A stretch of 64,000 bases of DNA from Escherichia phage AV111. Below the pieces are notes generated by a model. The model saw nothing but the letters and a program-made list of their open reading frames with translations. It did not search any database and was not told the origin of the DNA. The position numbers were made by a program, and so were the translations under genes. This document shows positions 35,995 to 45,759 of the stretch, in pieces. Each line of letters opens with the position of its first letter. Position 1 is the first letter of the stretch. Location of the stretch: the sequence record OR352941.1; one strand, 5' to 3'.

Positions 35995-36056
35995 TTTTTT
36001 TGCATCTCGCGTTAATTGATGCGATGGTTTTTTTTTTGCAGGTCTTACTTAAATTA

Positions 36057-36458
36057 TTATAGATTCGGTTTATATGATTTAAATGTTTCGAATTCGCCTT
36101 TATTCATAAGAGCTTTGAATTCATCAGGACGCATAGCTTTGTCGTCGATAATCCAATCATATACTGGTTTATGTGTTAGCAAATTATGGTACTTCAAACC
36201 AATGTTTTCCAAGTTCTGAATAAGACTTGGGAGAATGTCAATTGCTATACGACCAGGACCTACTGACTTCATACCACGAGCAGTGTAAAGCGTTATGGTA
36301 TGCCCTGCATCATACAGGGCATTAATGGCAGACACCATTTCGACGTCTGGTTTGAAGTTCACGTAATCACGATTGTTATTCCATTCCGTGATGCAATCAT
36401 CGACATCAAAACAAAGATTAAGCATGTTTTCTACACAGTGCATTAGATTCGTTCCCAT
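36057..36458 (-). CDS. HAD-superfamily phosphatase (133 aa)
   Basis: motif I FDVDDCIT (DxDxT), motif II TARG, motif III WIIDDK. Confidence 0.65.
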   Translation of the reverse strand: MGTNLMHCVENMLNLCFDVDDCITEWNNNRDYVNFKPDVEMVSAINALYDAGHTITLYTARGMKSVGPGRIAIDILPSLIQNLENIGLKYHNLLTHKPVYDWIIDDKAMRPDEFKALMNKGEFETFKSYKPNL

Positions 36459-38128
36459 TGATGAGTGATATCGCCACCGATTGGACGATAAGAAACACCA
36501 GTTTCTTTATCAGTTAGTACCCATTTACCAGGATTTTTTGTAATCAGAGTAGCCGTTACAGGTTCTGCTACGTCATAACTAATAGAGCCGTCTTGAAGTA
36601 CACGGCCCATGTTACGTAATTGCTTAGTCAGAAGTTCCATACCTTTATAATATGCTGCTACCGCTTTAAGTGGATTATTCTTGAAATAACCACCTAATGC
36701 AATCCAGATAATTGCTACAGCCAAATGATGATACTCGTTAAACGAACTCATCTTTCCATATTTGTAAACTAATGGATTGATGTTAATAGTCACATTACAA
36801 GTTGTTTCATCAATAGTAAACTGTCCCCAGGCCGGATTAGCATTGAATTCATCATAACCTGAAACAGCATAAAGCACTTTAGCTTCATCATACAATTTTG
36901 GCCCGTAAATCTTGGTTTCGCCAAAATATCCACGAGGGTCGATAAACTTGACTTCGCCGTTATCAGTAATCATAGTATTACTGAAGTTCGGGTCACCATG
37001 AATAACAGAGTACTGTCCCTGAGAACGGTTATGATAACGAATAAGGTGTTCTAAAGCTTGTTTCAGCATTGGCTTCAGACGTCCAATCTTAGTGTAGTTC
37101 ACATGTGTGATTTTACCAAATGAATCAATCAATGGTTGAATACTTTCACAACGATCAATAACTTTCGTATAGAATTCTTTAGTGAAATCACGACGAACAG
37201 TTTCAGGACTTACAAAATAAGTGTCTGTGCTGAATTTCAGTGCATCTAAAATTGCATCAACAATTTGTGGACGAGCAAGACTTGATTTGGATTTAATATA
37301 TTCAAATGCCGGCTTACCTTTAATGCGTTCCATTTCAAAGTTATTTTCATTAACAGAAACTAACTGAGGAACTGAATCTGATTTCACTTTAAGATACCAC
37401 GAAATCTCATCTTTCTGAAGAGCTCGACCCTGTTCGGTTAATGCGAATTTAGTTACAGTTTCTTCACCAATTTCAACTGCATTAAAACTACGATTAAGTT
37501 CACGAACTTCATGAGCTTTTTCAAGTTTAGGCATATCACCTAAATCAATTAGATTCATAAGCTCTGATTTATTGAATGCGCTGCCGTAAAGGAATTCTAC
37601 GAAATCACGTCCTTTGCAGTATTCATGAATTTCCTCATCGGTAGAACCCATATAGAATTCCCAGTCTTTGAACTGATAAATTCCTACAACATTACCACCT
37701 GTTGAACCTACGTTAGTGATATTTTCACCGTCGAAATTATATCGACATTCATCACCCTTAACATAGATTGCGTTAACATTCCAAGACCATGAACCAAAAT
37801 CAGGAATAATATCACACCAGTTAACAATTACGTTATGGCCGTCTAAATCTTTGTGTAATTTAGCAAGAGCATAAGCAGAACCATACGCTTCATCAACTGT
37901 ACGAATAGTCACATTGAACCCTTCTTGCTCACAATAAGCTCGAACAGTTTCAGCAAATTTTGAATGAACTACTACAATAATTTCATCTGCGCCAAGGTCA
38001 GAATAAATTGTATACAAATTGCTCAGAATAGTGTCTTGTTTATAGTTAACAAGCACCTTAGGAATATGATGCGTTATTGGATACAAACGAGTTGCCAGTC
38101 CAGCACCAAGAATAACAGCTTTTTTCAT
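36443..38128 (-). CDS. bifunctional sugar-1-phosphate nucleotidyltransferase / kinase (561 aa)
   Basis: N-terminus MKKAVILGAGLATRLYPIT (GxGTRLxPxT); C-terminal HGDPNFSN (HxDxxxxN) kinase motif. Confidence 0.7.
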   Translation of the reverse strand: MKKAVILGAGLATRLYPITHHIPKVLVNYKQDTILSNLYTIYSDLGADEIIVVVHSKFAETVRAYCEQEGFNVTIRTVDEAYGSAYALAKLHKDLDGHNVIVNWCDIIPDFGSWSWNVNAIYVKGDECRYNFDGENITNVGSTGGNVVGIYQFKDWEFYMGSTDEEIHEYCKGRDFVEFLYGSAFNKSELMNLIDLGDMPKLEKAHEVRELNRSFNAVEIGEETVTKFALTEQGRALQKDEISWYLKVKSDSVPQLVSVNENNFEMERIKGKPAFEYIKSKSSLARPQIVDAILDALKFSTDTYFVSPETVRRDFTKEFYTKVIDRCESIQPLIDSFGKITHVNYTKIGRLKPMLKQALEHLIRYHNRSQGQYSVIHGDPNFSNTMITDNGEVKFIDPRGYFGETKIYGPKLYDEAKVLYAVSGYDEFNANPAWGQFTIDETTCNVTININPLVYKYGKMSSFNEYHHLAVAIIWIALGGYFKNNPLKAVAAYYKGMELLTKQLRNMGRVLQDGSISYDVAEPVTATLITKNPGKWVLTDKETGVSYRPIGGDITHQWERI

Positions 38129-38156
38129 GTTGAAGTCCTCATTGGTAAGTAGGAGT

Positions 38157-38181
38157 ATTGTACACTATTCTAGTTAAAGCA
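38157..38181 (-). promoter_or_regulatory. MotA-type middle promoter for the nucleotidyltransferase/kinase gene (TGCTTTA, 12 nt, -10 TACAAT)
   Basis: read from sequence. Confidence 0.5.
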
Positions 38182-38313
38182 TTCATACTTTGCTTGTAGT
38201 CCAATCATAATCCATCCAATTACAAGTGTTGGAATCATTACCGGAGCCGTTAAGCTCCAGTAGATAGTCATGACAAGCATCAATAGTAAAAGTCCTATTG
38301 TTATTGCTTTCAT
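38170..38313 (-). CDS. small hydrophobic protein (47 aa)
   Basis: ATG overlaps SIS gene stop (ATGA); below ORF-track cutoff. Confidence 0.35.
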   Translation of the reverse strand: MKAITIGLLLLMLVMTIYWSLTAPVMIPTLVIGWIMIGLQAKYECFN

Positions 38314-38945
38314 TGTTCGCCTCGTAACATGGCACCTAGTGCACCGCCTGGATGGAACTTAAGGAAATCATTAGAGGTAAATCCACGTTCAGACGAAAGG
38401 TTGATAGCAAACGTATCGATAAGCGCTAACAACAATGTAGTGGACATTGTCGGAGCTAAAGAGTTCTCGTCAACTTCTACCGCGATACCGGTACAGAACG
38501 TATAATCAAAAAGAGCTTCGTATTCTTGTGGAATGTCAGGGTTACAATGTAACAGAATCTGTTTAACCTGAGGACGAATCATACGAAGATGTTTAGCAAC
38601 ACCTATCATTTCTTCAGTCTTACCAGAACGACTGATGTGAACTAATACATCATTAGGTGCAATAAATCCTGCGTCACCATGAGAATAATGCCCAGTGTTC
38701 AAGTACATACTCGGGATACCGAGTGAAGCAAATGTCTCAGAAGCTTTAGTTGCGATATTAGCATTCTTACCAACACCTGTAATAATTACCCGGCTTTCAT
38801 AATTGCTAAGTCCGGGGCGTCGAAGAGTTTCTAGAATAGCATTATAACGAGCAGGGTTTTGACTAATTACTTTGGCCATAGCGGCCAAAGAAGAAGCTTG
38901 TTTTATGATTGCGTCAATAGCGATAGTAATAGGAGTAGTTTTCAT
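38310..38945 (-). CDS. SIS-domain sugar-phosphate isomerase, KdsD/GutQ-like (arabinose-5-phosphate isomerase-like)
   Basis: ITGVGKN, HISRSGKTEE, APTMSTT, HPGGALG motifs align with the KdsD SIS domain as recalled. Confidence 0.75.
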   Translation of the reverse strand: MKTTPITIAIDAIIKQASSLAAMAKVISQNPARYNAILETLRRPGLSNYESRVIITGVGKNANIATKASETFASLGIPSMYLNTGHYSHGDAGFIAPNDVLVHISRSGKTEEMIGVAKHLRMIRPQVKQILLHCNPDIPQEYEALFDYTFCTGIAVEVDENSLAPTMSTTLLLALIDTFAINLSSERGFTSNDFLKFHPGGALGAMLRGEQ

Positions 38946-38985
38946 ATTTCTCTCATTTAATTAGTTTACCGTCCATGACATTATA

Positions 38986-41697
38986 TCAAAAATCGAACAT
39001 ATCGAACAGAGATGCTTTCTTCTCATAATCGAGTTTCGCTGCTGATGTGAATCCTTCAAGTGGTTTAATAAATGTCTTCTCAAGGAGAACAGTGTAGTCC
39101 ATCCAATGAAGTACATCGTCTTTAATTAAATCTGTGATTTCAGTACCAGAAGGCCATGCGATACATTTATCACCGAATGGGTTTCCTTCACGTAAAGGCA
39201 GAACATATACTTTTTCACCTTCTACAACTTGCGGCGCATCAATATTACCTTTGATAGCTCGGTTATATGTCAGAATTCCACGAATATGGAACGGGCATTT
39301 GGGGCCAGGGAATCCACCGACATCATATTTAGCAATGTTATTCGCAGAAGATACCGACGCGATGCTAATATAATTCAATTGACGGAATTCTTTTTCAAAC
39401 TCTTTAAAATATTCTTGTAATGATTCTTCACCTTCTTGAAGCATACGACGAATACATTCTTTAAGAGCTTTCTGTACTGCTTTAGGGGTCGAAGATTTCT
39501 GAGTCTCTAGACCCATGATTTTGAGTTTAGGCTCAGCGTAACGAGTGCCTTCCATATCCCACACGTTTAATGCATAACGTTTCTTACCAGTCCAGAATCC
39601 ACCAATACCTTTAGAACCGAGCGGAGGGCCAGCAATAGCTTCTCGGTCCATGAACATCAAATGTTGCTTATTATTCATGTATTCACACATTTCACGGAAA
39701 CCTCTATCAATAGCTGGTTCCATACGTTCACGTGCAAACTTATCTAAGAAGTCTACCCAATGGTTGGTATCACGGAATTTAGATTCACCAACCTTATCAA
39801 TAATTTTATCTGCAGATACGTAAATGGAGTCTGTATCACCATATAGAACGAAAGCTTCGCCTTCTGTACCACAAACTTCATTCAGATATTCATTAACTTT
39901 ACGTTCAATCCACTGTAAAGCCATTTGCCCAAATGTTGTGATTGCAGTTGCATTACGCAAATCGTAATAACGGAACCAAACGTTTCCAAGTGCACCATAA
40001 AGTGAGTTGATAAGCAATTTACGGTTAATCTGTGCAGTCATACCTGCAACTTCAGTACGTTGAGCTCTAAACAACATTTCATTAAGAGATTTAGCAGACA
40101 ACTTTTTAATCTTTTCTTTAATCTCATCACTGAAGTCGAAACGATAATCAACATCTAATGGTTCGTCAACAGAAAGATTAGGATTATGCAATGCCTCTTT
40201 AATTATTTCGCCATTACGTTGAGCTGCAAGCATGTAACCTTTATGTTCTTTACGTTGATTAAAGACCTTAGTGATTTCAGTTGGAACTACACCATCACGG
40301 TCTTTATAATACATCATGCCGTTAGGAGAGCAACTGTACACATCTGAAGGACGTTCAGCGATTGCGTTAATATAATCATGCAGTGGAGCTACTTTAAACG
40401 TTCCTGCTATTGTTTCAGGGCTAATATTCACTTGGCGAATAATACTTGGATACAGAGATGTAAGGTCGAAACTCATTACATATTTGTATCGATTTGGAAT
40501 AGGTTCCTTAACAAAAGCGCCAGGATAAGGTTGAACCGGGTGAGAACGACCTTGTGGAATCACCTTGTTCTGCTCTTTAAGGCTATTAAAAATAATAGCA
40601 TCCCATGTTTTAATTGGACTGAACACAGATTGAATCTGAATTTTAGCATAATAACCCATGTCCAAGCTCAAGTTAATGAACTGGCGTTTAGCATCAATTT
40701 GCAATACACGATATACGTCGATAATGTTATAAGAAATATATCGTTGGTGATTGCTTTCACGAAGCTTAGAAATAGGGCCGTCATATTTCAGTTTACCAAC
40801 GTTCAATTCAAATTCTGAAATGTAATCCAGAGAATACGACGGTTGGTTCGTGAAAGAGAACTTTTTGTAAAGGTCAATGTAATCAAGAACAGAGATACCG
40901 AACAATGTAATGATTTCACGAGAACCATACATGTTTTCGATAACTTTAACACGAGTTTTACGATGTGGTGATAAACGTTTCGCAGTAGATTCGCCAAAAA
41001 TATTCTTGATTCGGTTATACACATATGGAATATCAAATGACTCAACGTTCCATCCAGTCAAAATGACAGGAGTTTTCTGTTGCCAGAAGTTGAGATATTC
41101 CATCAACAATTCTTTTTCGTTATCGAACGGCATATAAATGATTTTATCGATAATTTCGGATGGAACTTCATCACCGCCTTGTTCTTGAAGCTTAGCAGCG
41201 ATTTCAATAGACCATTCTTCTACATTACCATATGGAGAATTCAATAGATCAAATACGTAGAACCTGTCGTCAATTGAGTCATAATGGGTGATAGCATCAA
41301 TCGGATGTTTTGCTTGTGACGGCTCAGGGAACCCATCCGGAGATGTTACTTCGATGTCGAAGTTAGCCACACGAATTTTTGTATGGTCGTATTTGATTTC
41401 ATAGTTATAAGTGTCAGACAAATACGCCAATTTGAAATCGTCCATGCCAAGTGCTTCAAGTCCGATATCTTCCATGCGTTTAATCCATTGAGACGCATCG
41501 CGCATATTAGCGAACAACTTACGAGTACACGGCTTACCGTAGATATCGAAATATTTCGTAGCCTGACTTTCTGGACAATGAGCAAACAGTGATGGTTTAT
41601 ATTCTACTTCACGAGTACGTTCACGGCCATTAGAATCGATGTAACGTTCAAAAATTGAATCACCAATCTGTTCAACCGTTAAGTAAAATTCTTTCAT
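38986..41697 (-). CDS. 43: DNA polymerase gp43 (family B), RB69-type
   Basis: 903 aa; N-terminus MKEFYLTVEQIGDSIFERYID and C-terminus LFDMFDF match the RB69 polymerase as recalled. Confidence 0.97.
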   Translation of the reverse strand: MKEFYLTVEQIGDSIFERYIDSNGRERTREVEYKPSLFAHCPESQATKYFDIYGKPCTRKLFANMRDASQWIKRMEDIGLEALGMDDFKLAYLSDTYNYEIKYDHTKIRVANFDIEVTSPDGFPEPSQAKHPIDAITHYDSIDDRFYVFDLLNSPYGNVEEWSIEIAAKLQEQGGDEVPSEIIDKIIYMPFDNEKELLMEYLNFWQQKTPVILTGWNVESFDIPYVYNRIKNIFGESTAKRLSPHRKTRVKVIENMYGSREIITLFGISVLDYIDLYKKFSFTNQPSYSLDYISEFELNVGKLKYDGPISKLRESNHQRYISYNIIDVYRVLQIDAKRQFINLSLDMGYYAKIQIQSVFSPIKTWDAIIFNSLKEQNKVIPQGRSHPVQPYPGAFVKEPIPNRYKYVMSFDLTSLYPSIIRQVNISPETIAGTFKVAPLHDYINAIAERPSDVYSCSPNGMMYYKDRDGVVPTEITKVFNQRKEHKGYMLAAQRNGEIIKEALHNPNLSVDEPLDVDYRFDFSDEIKEKIKKLSAKSLNEMLFRAQRTEVAGMTAQINRKLLINSLYGALGNVWFRYYDLRNATAITTFGQMALQWIERKVNEYLNEVCGTEGEAFVLYGDTDSIYVSADKIIDKVGESKFRDTNHWVDFLDKFARERMEPAIDRGFREMCEYMNNKQHLMFMDREAIAGPPLGSKGIGGFWTGKKRYALNVWDMEGTRYAEPKLKIMGLETQKSSTPKAVQKALKECIRRMLQEGEESLQEYFKEFEKEFRQLNYISIASVSSANNIAKYDVGGFPGPKCPFHIRGILTYNRAIKGNIDAPQVVEGEKVYVLPLREGNPFGDKCIAWPSGTEITDLIKDDVLHWMDYTVLLEKTFIKPLEGFTSAAKLDYEKKASLFDMFDF

Positions 41698-41701
41698 TTA
41701 A

Positions 41702-41725
41702 TTTCCTTTAGACGAGTTATTGTCT
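41702..41725 (-). promoter_or_regulatory. gene 43 translational operator candidate: hairpin AGAC-AAUAACUC-GUCU next to the AGGAAA RBS
   Basis: 4-bp stem with 8-nt loop directly upstream of the RBS, as described for T4 gp43 autoregulation. Confidence 0.5.
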
Positions 41726-41755
41726 TTTGTTTGTTGATGAACTTATTATACTCCA

Positions 41756-41775
41756 AATGGGACCGAAGTCCCATT
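41756..41775 (-). terminator. hairpin AAUGGGAC-UUCG-GUCCCAUU between regA and gene 43
   Basis: perfect 8-bp stem, UUCG loop; no strong U-run. Confidence 0.5.
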
Positions 41776-41778
41776 GCT

Positions 41779-42156
41779 TTAATTACCAATTGTATATTTT
41801 GCTTTCAAAGTCCAGTCATCTTTCTGTTTAAAAGAGATAACACGGAAGTTATTAGTCAGGCCAAACAGATCTTCACGAGCAGAGTCTTCAATAACAATCA
41901 ATCCCCAGTCTTCAAGCAACTGGGCAATCGAATCACGTCGCTGATAGTCTTCACCGTCAATATCAACCTGACGTCCATCCATACGCAACATTTCTTTAAA
42001 GTGGACGATGTAGTATTTACCTTGCTTTTGGAGGATATGACAGGACTGATAAAGAACTTTATCCTTGTTATTAGCGATGCCCATACGGGTCAAAGTCTCT
42101 TTGACTTTCAGAAAATCTTCGGGGTTCTTCAATTTAATTTCAATCATTTTTACCAT
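41779..42156 (-). CDS. regA: translational repressor RegA
   Basis: [25 protein letters not shown]...[11 protein letters not shown] matches T4 RegA as recalled; true start may be the ATG at 42147. Confidence 0.88.
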   Translation of the reverse strand: MVKMIEIKLKNPEDFLKVKETLTRMGIANNKDKVLYQSCHILQKQGKYYIVHFKEMLRMDGRQVDIDGEDYQRRDSIAQLLEDWGLIVIEDSAREDLFGLTNNFRVISFKQKDDWTLKAKYTIGN

Positions 42157-42713
42157 TCCAATGCTAATTTTTTAAATTGTTTTTGTTCTTTCACATTTTT
42201 TGTAACTTCTTTGAGAAACTCATCAGTGACCATGGCCTTCAGTTCTTTAAGGACTATTGGCAACTTGTTATTTTTTTCAAGGAGCCGCTTATACTCGGTA
42301 GCATCATTCATGTTGATTGTGTAACGTTTCATCAACAGTTTGATAACTAGTAACTCTGAAGTGTCTTCGACTAGTTTAGCCCATTTAGAGAATCGACGAC
42401 CACGTGGAATTGCCGCCATCATATAGTTGAAGTGCGCTTCATCACTTAATTCAGAACCGACTAAGTTCATCATGTAAACGGCTGGCATACATTCCGGGAA
42501 CTGGGATAATGAGTTCTCAACCATAAATTTTGAGTAGTCGACCTGAGCAATTGACATAGATTTCTTTTCATTAATAGCATTAATGATTTTAAAGAATTCA
42601 TTCTCAGGTTTTTCTTTAAACATGTCAGCACATTTTTGAATCGCATCAGCGTCATTAGACTTCCATGCAATTTGGTGCTCGTTAAGTTGGACGTCATCAT
42701 CAAATAAGTTCAT
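42150..42713 (-). CDS. 62: clamp loader small subunit gp62
   Basis: 187 aa; matches T4 gp62 length and sequence. Confidence 0.92.
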   Translation of the reverse strand: MNLFDDDVQLNEHQIAWKSNDADAIQKCADMFKEKPENEFFKIINAINEKKSMSIAQVDYSKFMVENSLSQFPECMPAVYMMNLVGSELSDEAHFNYMMAAIPRGRRFSKWAKLVEDTSELLVIKLLMKRYTINMNDATEYKRLLEKNNKLPIVLKELKAMVTDEFLKEVTKNVKEQKQFKKLALEW

Positions 42714-42714
42714 A

Positions 42715-43677
42715 TTATTTCCAAGTCAGTTCGCAGGTCAGTTGAAGAAGCATATACATAACATGTAATTCAATATTACTTGCTAATCCATGAAATTTAT
42801 TATTTTCGCCTGCGATTTCATAAAGCGAAATAATACTTTTACCAGGTGCAACTTGGTCATAACATTCTGAAACTAATTTATCGATGAACCATGAATAATC
42901 TGCGGCATATTTTGGAGCTAATGCACGAAGCTGTTTGATATCTTTGTTCTTCATTGCTTCGATAACATCATCTACCGTGCCACGATCATTGGTTACAATC
43001 GACAAAATACCTGCATCAAGAACACCTTTAGACGAGTACCTGTCTAATTGACCAATTGTACGTCGAAAGTCCGGGAAGTTCTTTTTAACCAGAGCTGCAA
43101 CAACTTTCATATCAGCGATTTCGATATTTTCGTTCTTACAGATTTCAACCATGCGATGAATCATTTTCTTCATCATTGAGATTTTATCTTCTTCGGTTGG
43201 ACGTCCGAATTCGATAACTCGACAACGACTACGTAATGGTTCAATAATTCCATCGATGTTGTTGGCAGTAATAATAATAGAACAGTTACTAGAGAATTCT
43301 TCCATGAATGTACGAAGGTGACGTTGTGATTCAGCGAGGCCACTACGGTCAAATTCATCGATAACAATAACTTTAGGCTTGCCTTCCATTGAGACTGAAC
43401 GAGCAAATGCAGTTAACGGACCGCGTACAAAATCAATTTTACAATCAGAACCGTTGACGAACATCATTTCAGCGTTGATATCGTTACATAGTGCTTTTGC
43501 CACGGTTGTTTTACCGGTACCAGGAGATGGAGAGTGTAAAATAATATGAGGAAGTTTTCCTTTAGATACTAAAGACTTGAATGTTTCATGGTCATACGCA
43601 GGCAGAATACATTCGTCAATGGAAGAAGGACGATATTTCTGTTCTAGAATGTGCTCTTTGGAATTGATAGTAATCAT
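42715..43677 (-). CDS. 44: clamp loader large subunit gp44 (AAA+)
   Basis: 320 aa; Walker [11 protein letters not shown]; matches T4 gp44. Confidence 0.95.
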   Translation of the reverse strand: MITINSKEHILEQKYRPSSIDECILPAYDHETFKSLVSKGKLPHIILHSPSPGTGKTTVAKALCNDINAEMMFVNGSDCKIDFVRGPLTAFARSVSMEGKPKVIVIDEFDRSGLAESQRHLRTFMEEFSSNCSIIITANNIDGIIEPLRSRCRVIEFGRPTEEDKISMMKKMIHRMVEICKNENIEIADMKVVAALVKKNFPDFRRTIGQLDRYSSKGVLDAGILSIVTNDRGTVDDVIEAMKNKDIKQLRALAPKYAADYSWFIDKLVSECYDQVAPGKSIISLYEIAGENNKFHGLASNIELHVMYMLLQLTCELTWK

Positions 43678-43702
43678 GTAATTTTCCTCATTATCATTAA
43701 AC

Positions 43703-43720
43703 TGGAGGATTTCTCCTCCA
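43703..43720 (-). promoter_or_regulatory. gene 44 leader hairpin GGAGGA-GAAA-UCCUCC (GNRA loop) upstream of the AAUGAGGAAA RBS region
   Basis: 6-7 bp perfect stem seen in sequence. Confidence 0.4.
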
Positions 43721-43752
43721 TAATCGTACTACATTAAACGTAAAGCTTTGAC

Positions 43753-44439
43753 TTAGAAGTCGTGAGTAGAATCGGCTTCCATTGCAATAACATAACTTAC
43801 TTGAGAGCTTTCAAACTTGGCTGCAACTTTATCACCAGCTCCCCACAACATTACTTTATAGTTACCTGGCTGGATTTTCATATTAGCCATATTGATTACG
43901 AAGTTAAAGTTGTTAGAACCATCATAATCGGTAAGAGTCAAAGAATACTTAGGACGAGTTAGTCCGGAATCTTCAACTTTATTATAGCCATTGATAACAA
44001 TTTTACCATCTTTATTTGTAATAGCAATTATATCAATCTGAAGACCACGTGAAACTCGAAGCAATTGTTGAAGGTCTTCAGCTTTAATTTCAGTAATCAC
44101 AGAAGCCACTGGGAATTGAATTGGCTTATTAGGAAAAACAATGGTGCTCTTGTCAGCGGCAGGCCAATAAACTGTGGAACGTGTATCTGCAATTTTAATA
44201 TTGCCATCGGTGTGCATTGAAATTTCAGCATCATCGGACACTAGACTCAAAATGCTTAAGAAGCTATTCAAATCATAAAGTGCTACGTCAAAATCAATTT
44301 CATCAGAGATATTTGCTTCCGCATAAGTGGTGCCATTAACTGCACGAGTCATAATAAATTTACCTTGACTAAGCAGAATGCCAGAGTTAATAGAAGCGAA
44401 GTTTTTCAGAATATTTACGGTTTCACGGCTAAGTTTCAT
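43753..44439 (-). CDS. 45: sliding clamp gp45
   Basis: 228 aa; near-identical to T4 gp45 as recalled. Confidence 0.95.
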   Translation of the reverse strand: MKLSRETVNILKNFASINSGILLSQGKFIMTRAVNGTTYAEANISDEIDFDVALYDLNSFLSILSLVSDDAEISMHTDGNIKIADTRSTVYWPAADKSTIVFPNKPIQFPVASVITEIKAEDLQQLLRVSRGLQIDIIAITNKDGKIVINGYNKVEDSGLTRPKYSLTLTDYDGSNNFNFVINMANMKIQPGNYKVMLWGAGDKVAAKFESSQVSYVIAMEADSTHDF

Positions 44440-44711
44440 TTAGGTTTCCTATTAGCATAATAATTTGTCCAAGACCGGATAGCACCTTGGTATGATTCAT
44501 CATTAAAACCATGCTGAATTGCATGTTTTCTAAATGTAATATAACTTGGTTTTCCTAAAGCAATCCACAATTCCTTTAATTTTTGTTCATGAAATATCCA
44601 TGTACCTCTAGCTTTAGATTTTCTGAATTTATCCTTAAATTCTTTGGTTGCATTTCTTTTCGAAGCTGCGATAGAGGCCTTTGCTCTATTTTCAGGTTTA
44701 GACCAATACAA
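44436..44711 (-). pseudogene. ORF without any ATG; resembles a Seg endonuclease C-terminal module; possible frameshifted remnant (or rpbA-region gene)
   Basis: track start is TTG and there is no internal Met; by-eye similarity to the C-terminal part of the Seg protein at 56441..57262. Confidence 0.3.
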
Positions 44712-45325
44712 TGTTTTAGATATTTTATTTTATCTTTAACATTAGGAGAATTCATTATATCTTTAAATTTTAAAGCAAAATCTCTATCGCTAAACATTTT
44801 TTTAGAACGAATAGAAACTTTCTCTCTTCGTTCTTTGGTCCAATATGTTTTTTGAAATTCTCTAATTGCGTTTAAATGATTCTCCGACAATTTGCAATTT
44901 TTTCTAACACCGACGTAATCTTCATTTATTTCGTTTTTAGAAAGTTTTACTATTTTGCCTGTTTTTAAATTTTTATACGGTGCATATCCTTTAGCTGATA
45001 TTCTAGACTTCTCGTTAGCATAAGCCTTATTAAAATATTTTTCATTTGAAACGGCTTTAACATTGAGTTGGAATAGTCTTTCTATTCTTCTAGGGTCTAA
45101 TGTGGTTTCGCCTAAAATTTTTACAGAATATTCGCCTTGGTCTATTAATCTGTTATATAAAGGAGAATACGAGGAATTAACACTACCGGTATATATTTTA
45201 CCGGTAGAATCTTCAATAATATCCTTTCCATTAAAATGACACGAAACTTTAGAACCTATATAATAACACGGGTATTCATTTTTAATCTCACGATTATAAA
45301 AGGTTATAAGATATATTAAATTCAT
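44576..45325 (-). CDS. Seg-like GIY-YIG homing endonuclease
   Basis: N-terminal YYIGSK...NGKDII...YTGS motif; ATG at 45325; inserted between 45 and 46 regions. Confidence 0.6.
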   Translation of the reverse strand: MNLIYLITFYNREIKNEYPCYYIGSKVSCHFNGKDIIEDSTGKIYTGSVNSSYSPLYNRLIDQGEYSVKILGETTLDPRRIERLFQLNVKAVSNEKYFNKAYANEKSRISAKGYAPYKNLKTGKIVKLSKNEINEDYVGVRKNCKLSENHLNAIREFQKTYWTKERREKVSIRSKKMFSDRDFALKFKDIMNSPNVKDKIKYLKHCIGLNLKIEQRPLSQLRKEMQPKNLRINSENLKLEVHGYFMNKN

Positions 45326-45330
45326 AATTA

Positions 45331-45747
45331 TCAAGCAGCAACCATCTGCTTTTTAATAGCTTCAGGCAGTGATTCAATATATTCTGGAATTTTAGAAGCA
45401 ACAATTTCGCCAGCTGCAATTAGTTGTTCGTCGGCATCAACACAGTAAAAATCTTCAAGGCGTTCAGAACCGTCTTTATCAAGAACGATTTTAGCACCTG
45501 CTTCGATAGAATCTTTATAGTGCTTACGCATCAAATGAATCCACATATCAGACACATCGTTATCAATAAAACCATAAATCATAAAACGAGTTTCTTGTGG
45601 CAAAGATTGGAGTTTTTTAGCACTTGCGTCATCACAATGCAGGACCCATGCTTTACGAACACGATTATGGTTATGCGGGTTAGCGTCAGTACGGATAGAA
45701 GTAACTTTCAGATCAGCAGCGGTAAAACCTTTAGCAGTAGTAAACAT
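45331..45747 (-). CDS. hypothetical protein (138 aa)
   Basis: ORF in track. Confidence 0.5.
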   Translation of the reverse strand: MFTTAKGFTAADLKVTSIRTDANPHNHNRVRKAWVLHCDDASAKKLQSLPQETRFMIYGFIDNDVSDMWIHLMRKHYKDSIEAGAKIVLDKDGSERLEDFYCVDADEQLIAAGEIVASKIPEYIESLPEAIKKQMVAA

Positions 45748-45759
45748 ATTATTTCTCTC

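Noticed and set aside
40378-40818. Plus-strand 146-aa ORF
   Set aside because: Antisense within the DNA polymerase gene; low-complexity translation.
41774-41805. Plus-strand MotA-box-like sequence TTGCTTTA followed 11 nt later by TATATT
   Set aside because: Orientation would drive transcription antisense to regA; most likely a chance match in AT-rich sequence.
41731-42324. Plus-strand 197-aa ORF
   Set aside because: Antisense to regA and gene 62, both confidently identified; no start context.
44436-44711. Possibility that this ORF is T4 rpbA
   Set aside because: Not rejected outright, but it lacks any ATG codon and I cannot recall the RpbA sequence to confirm it; I treat it as a probable endonuclease remnant instead.
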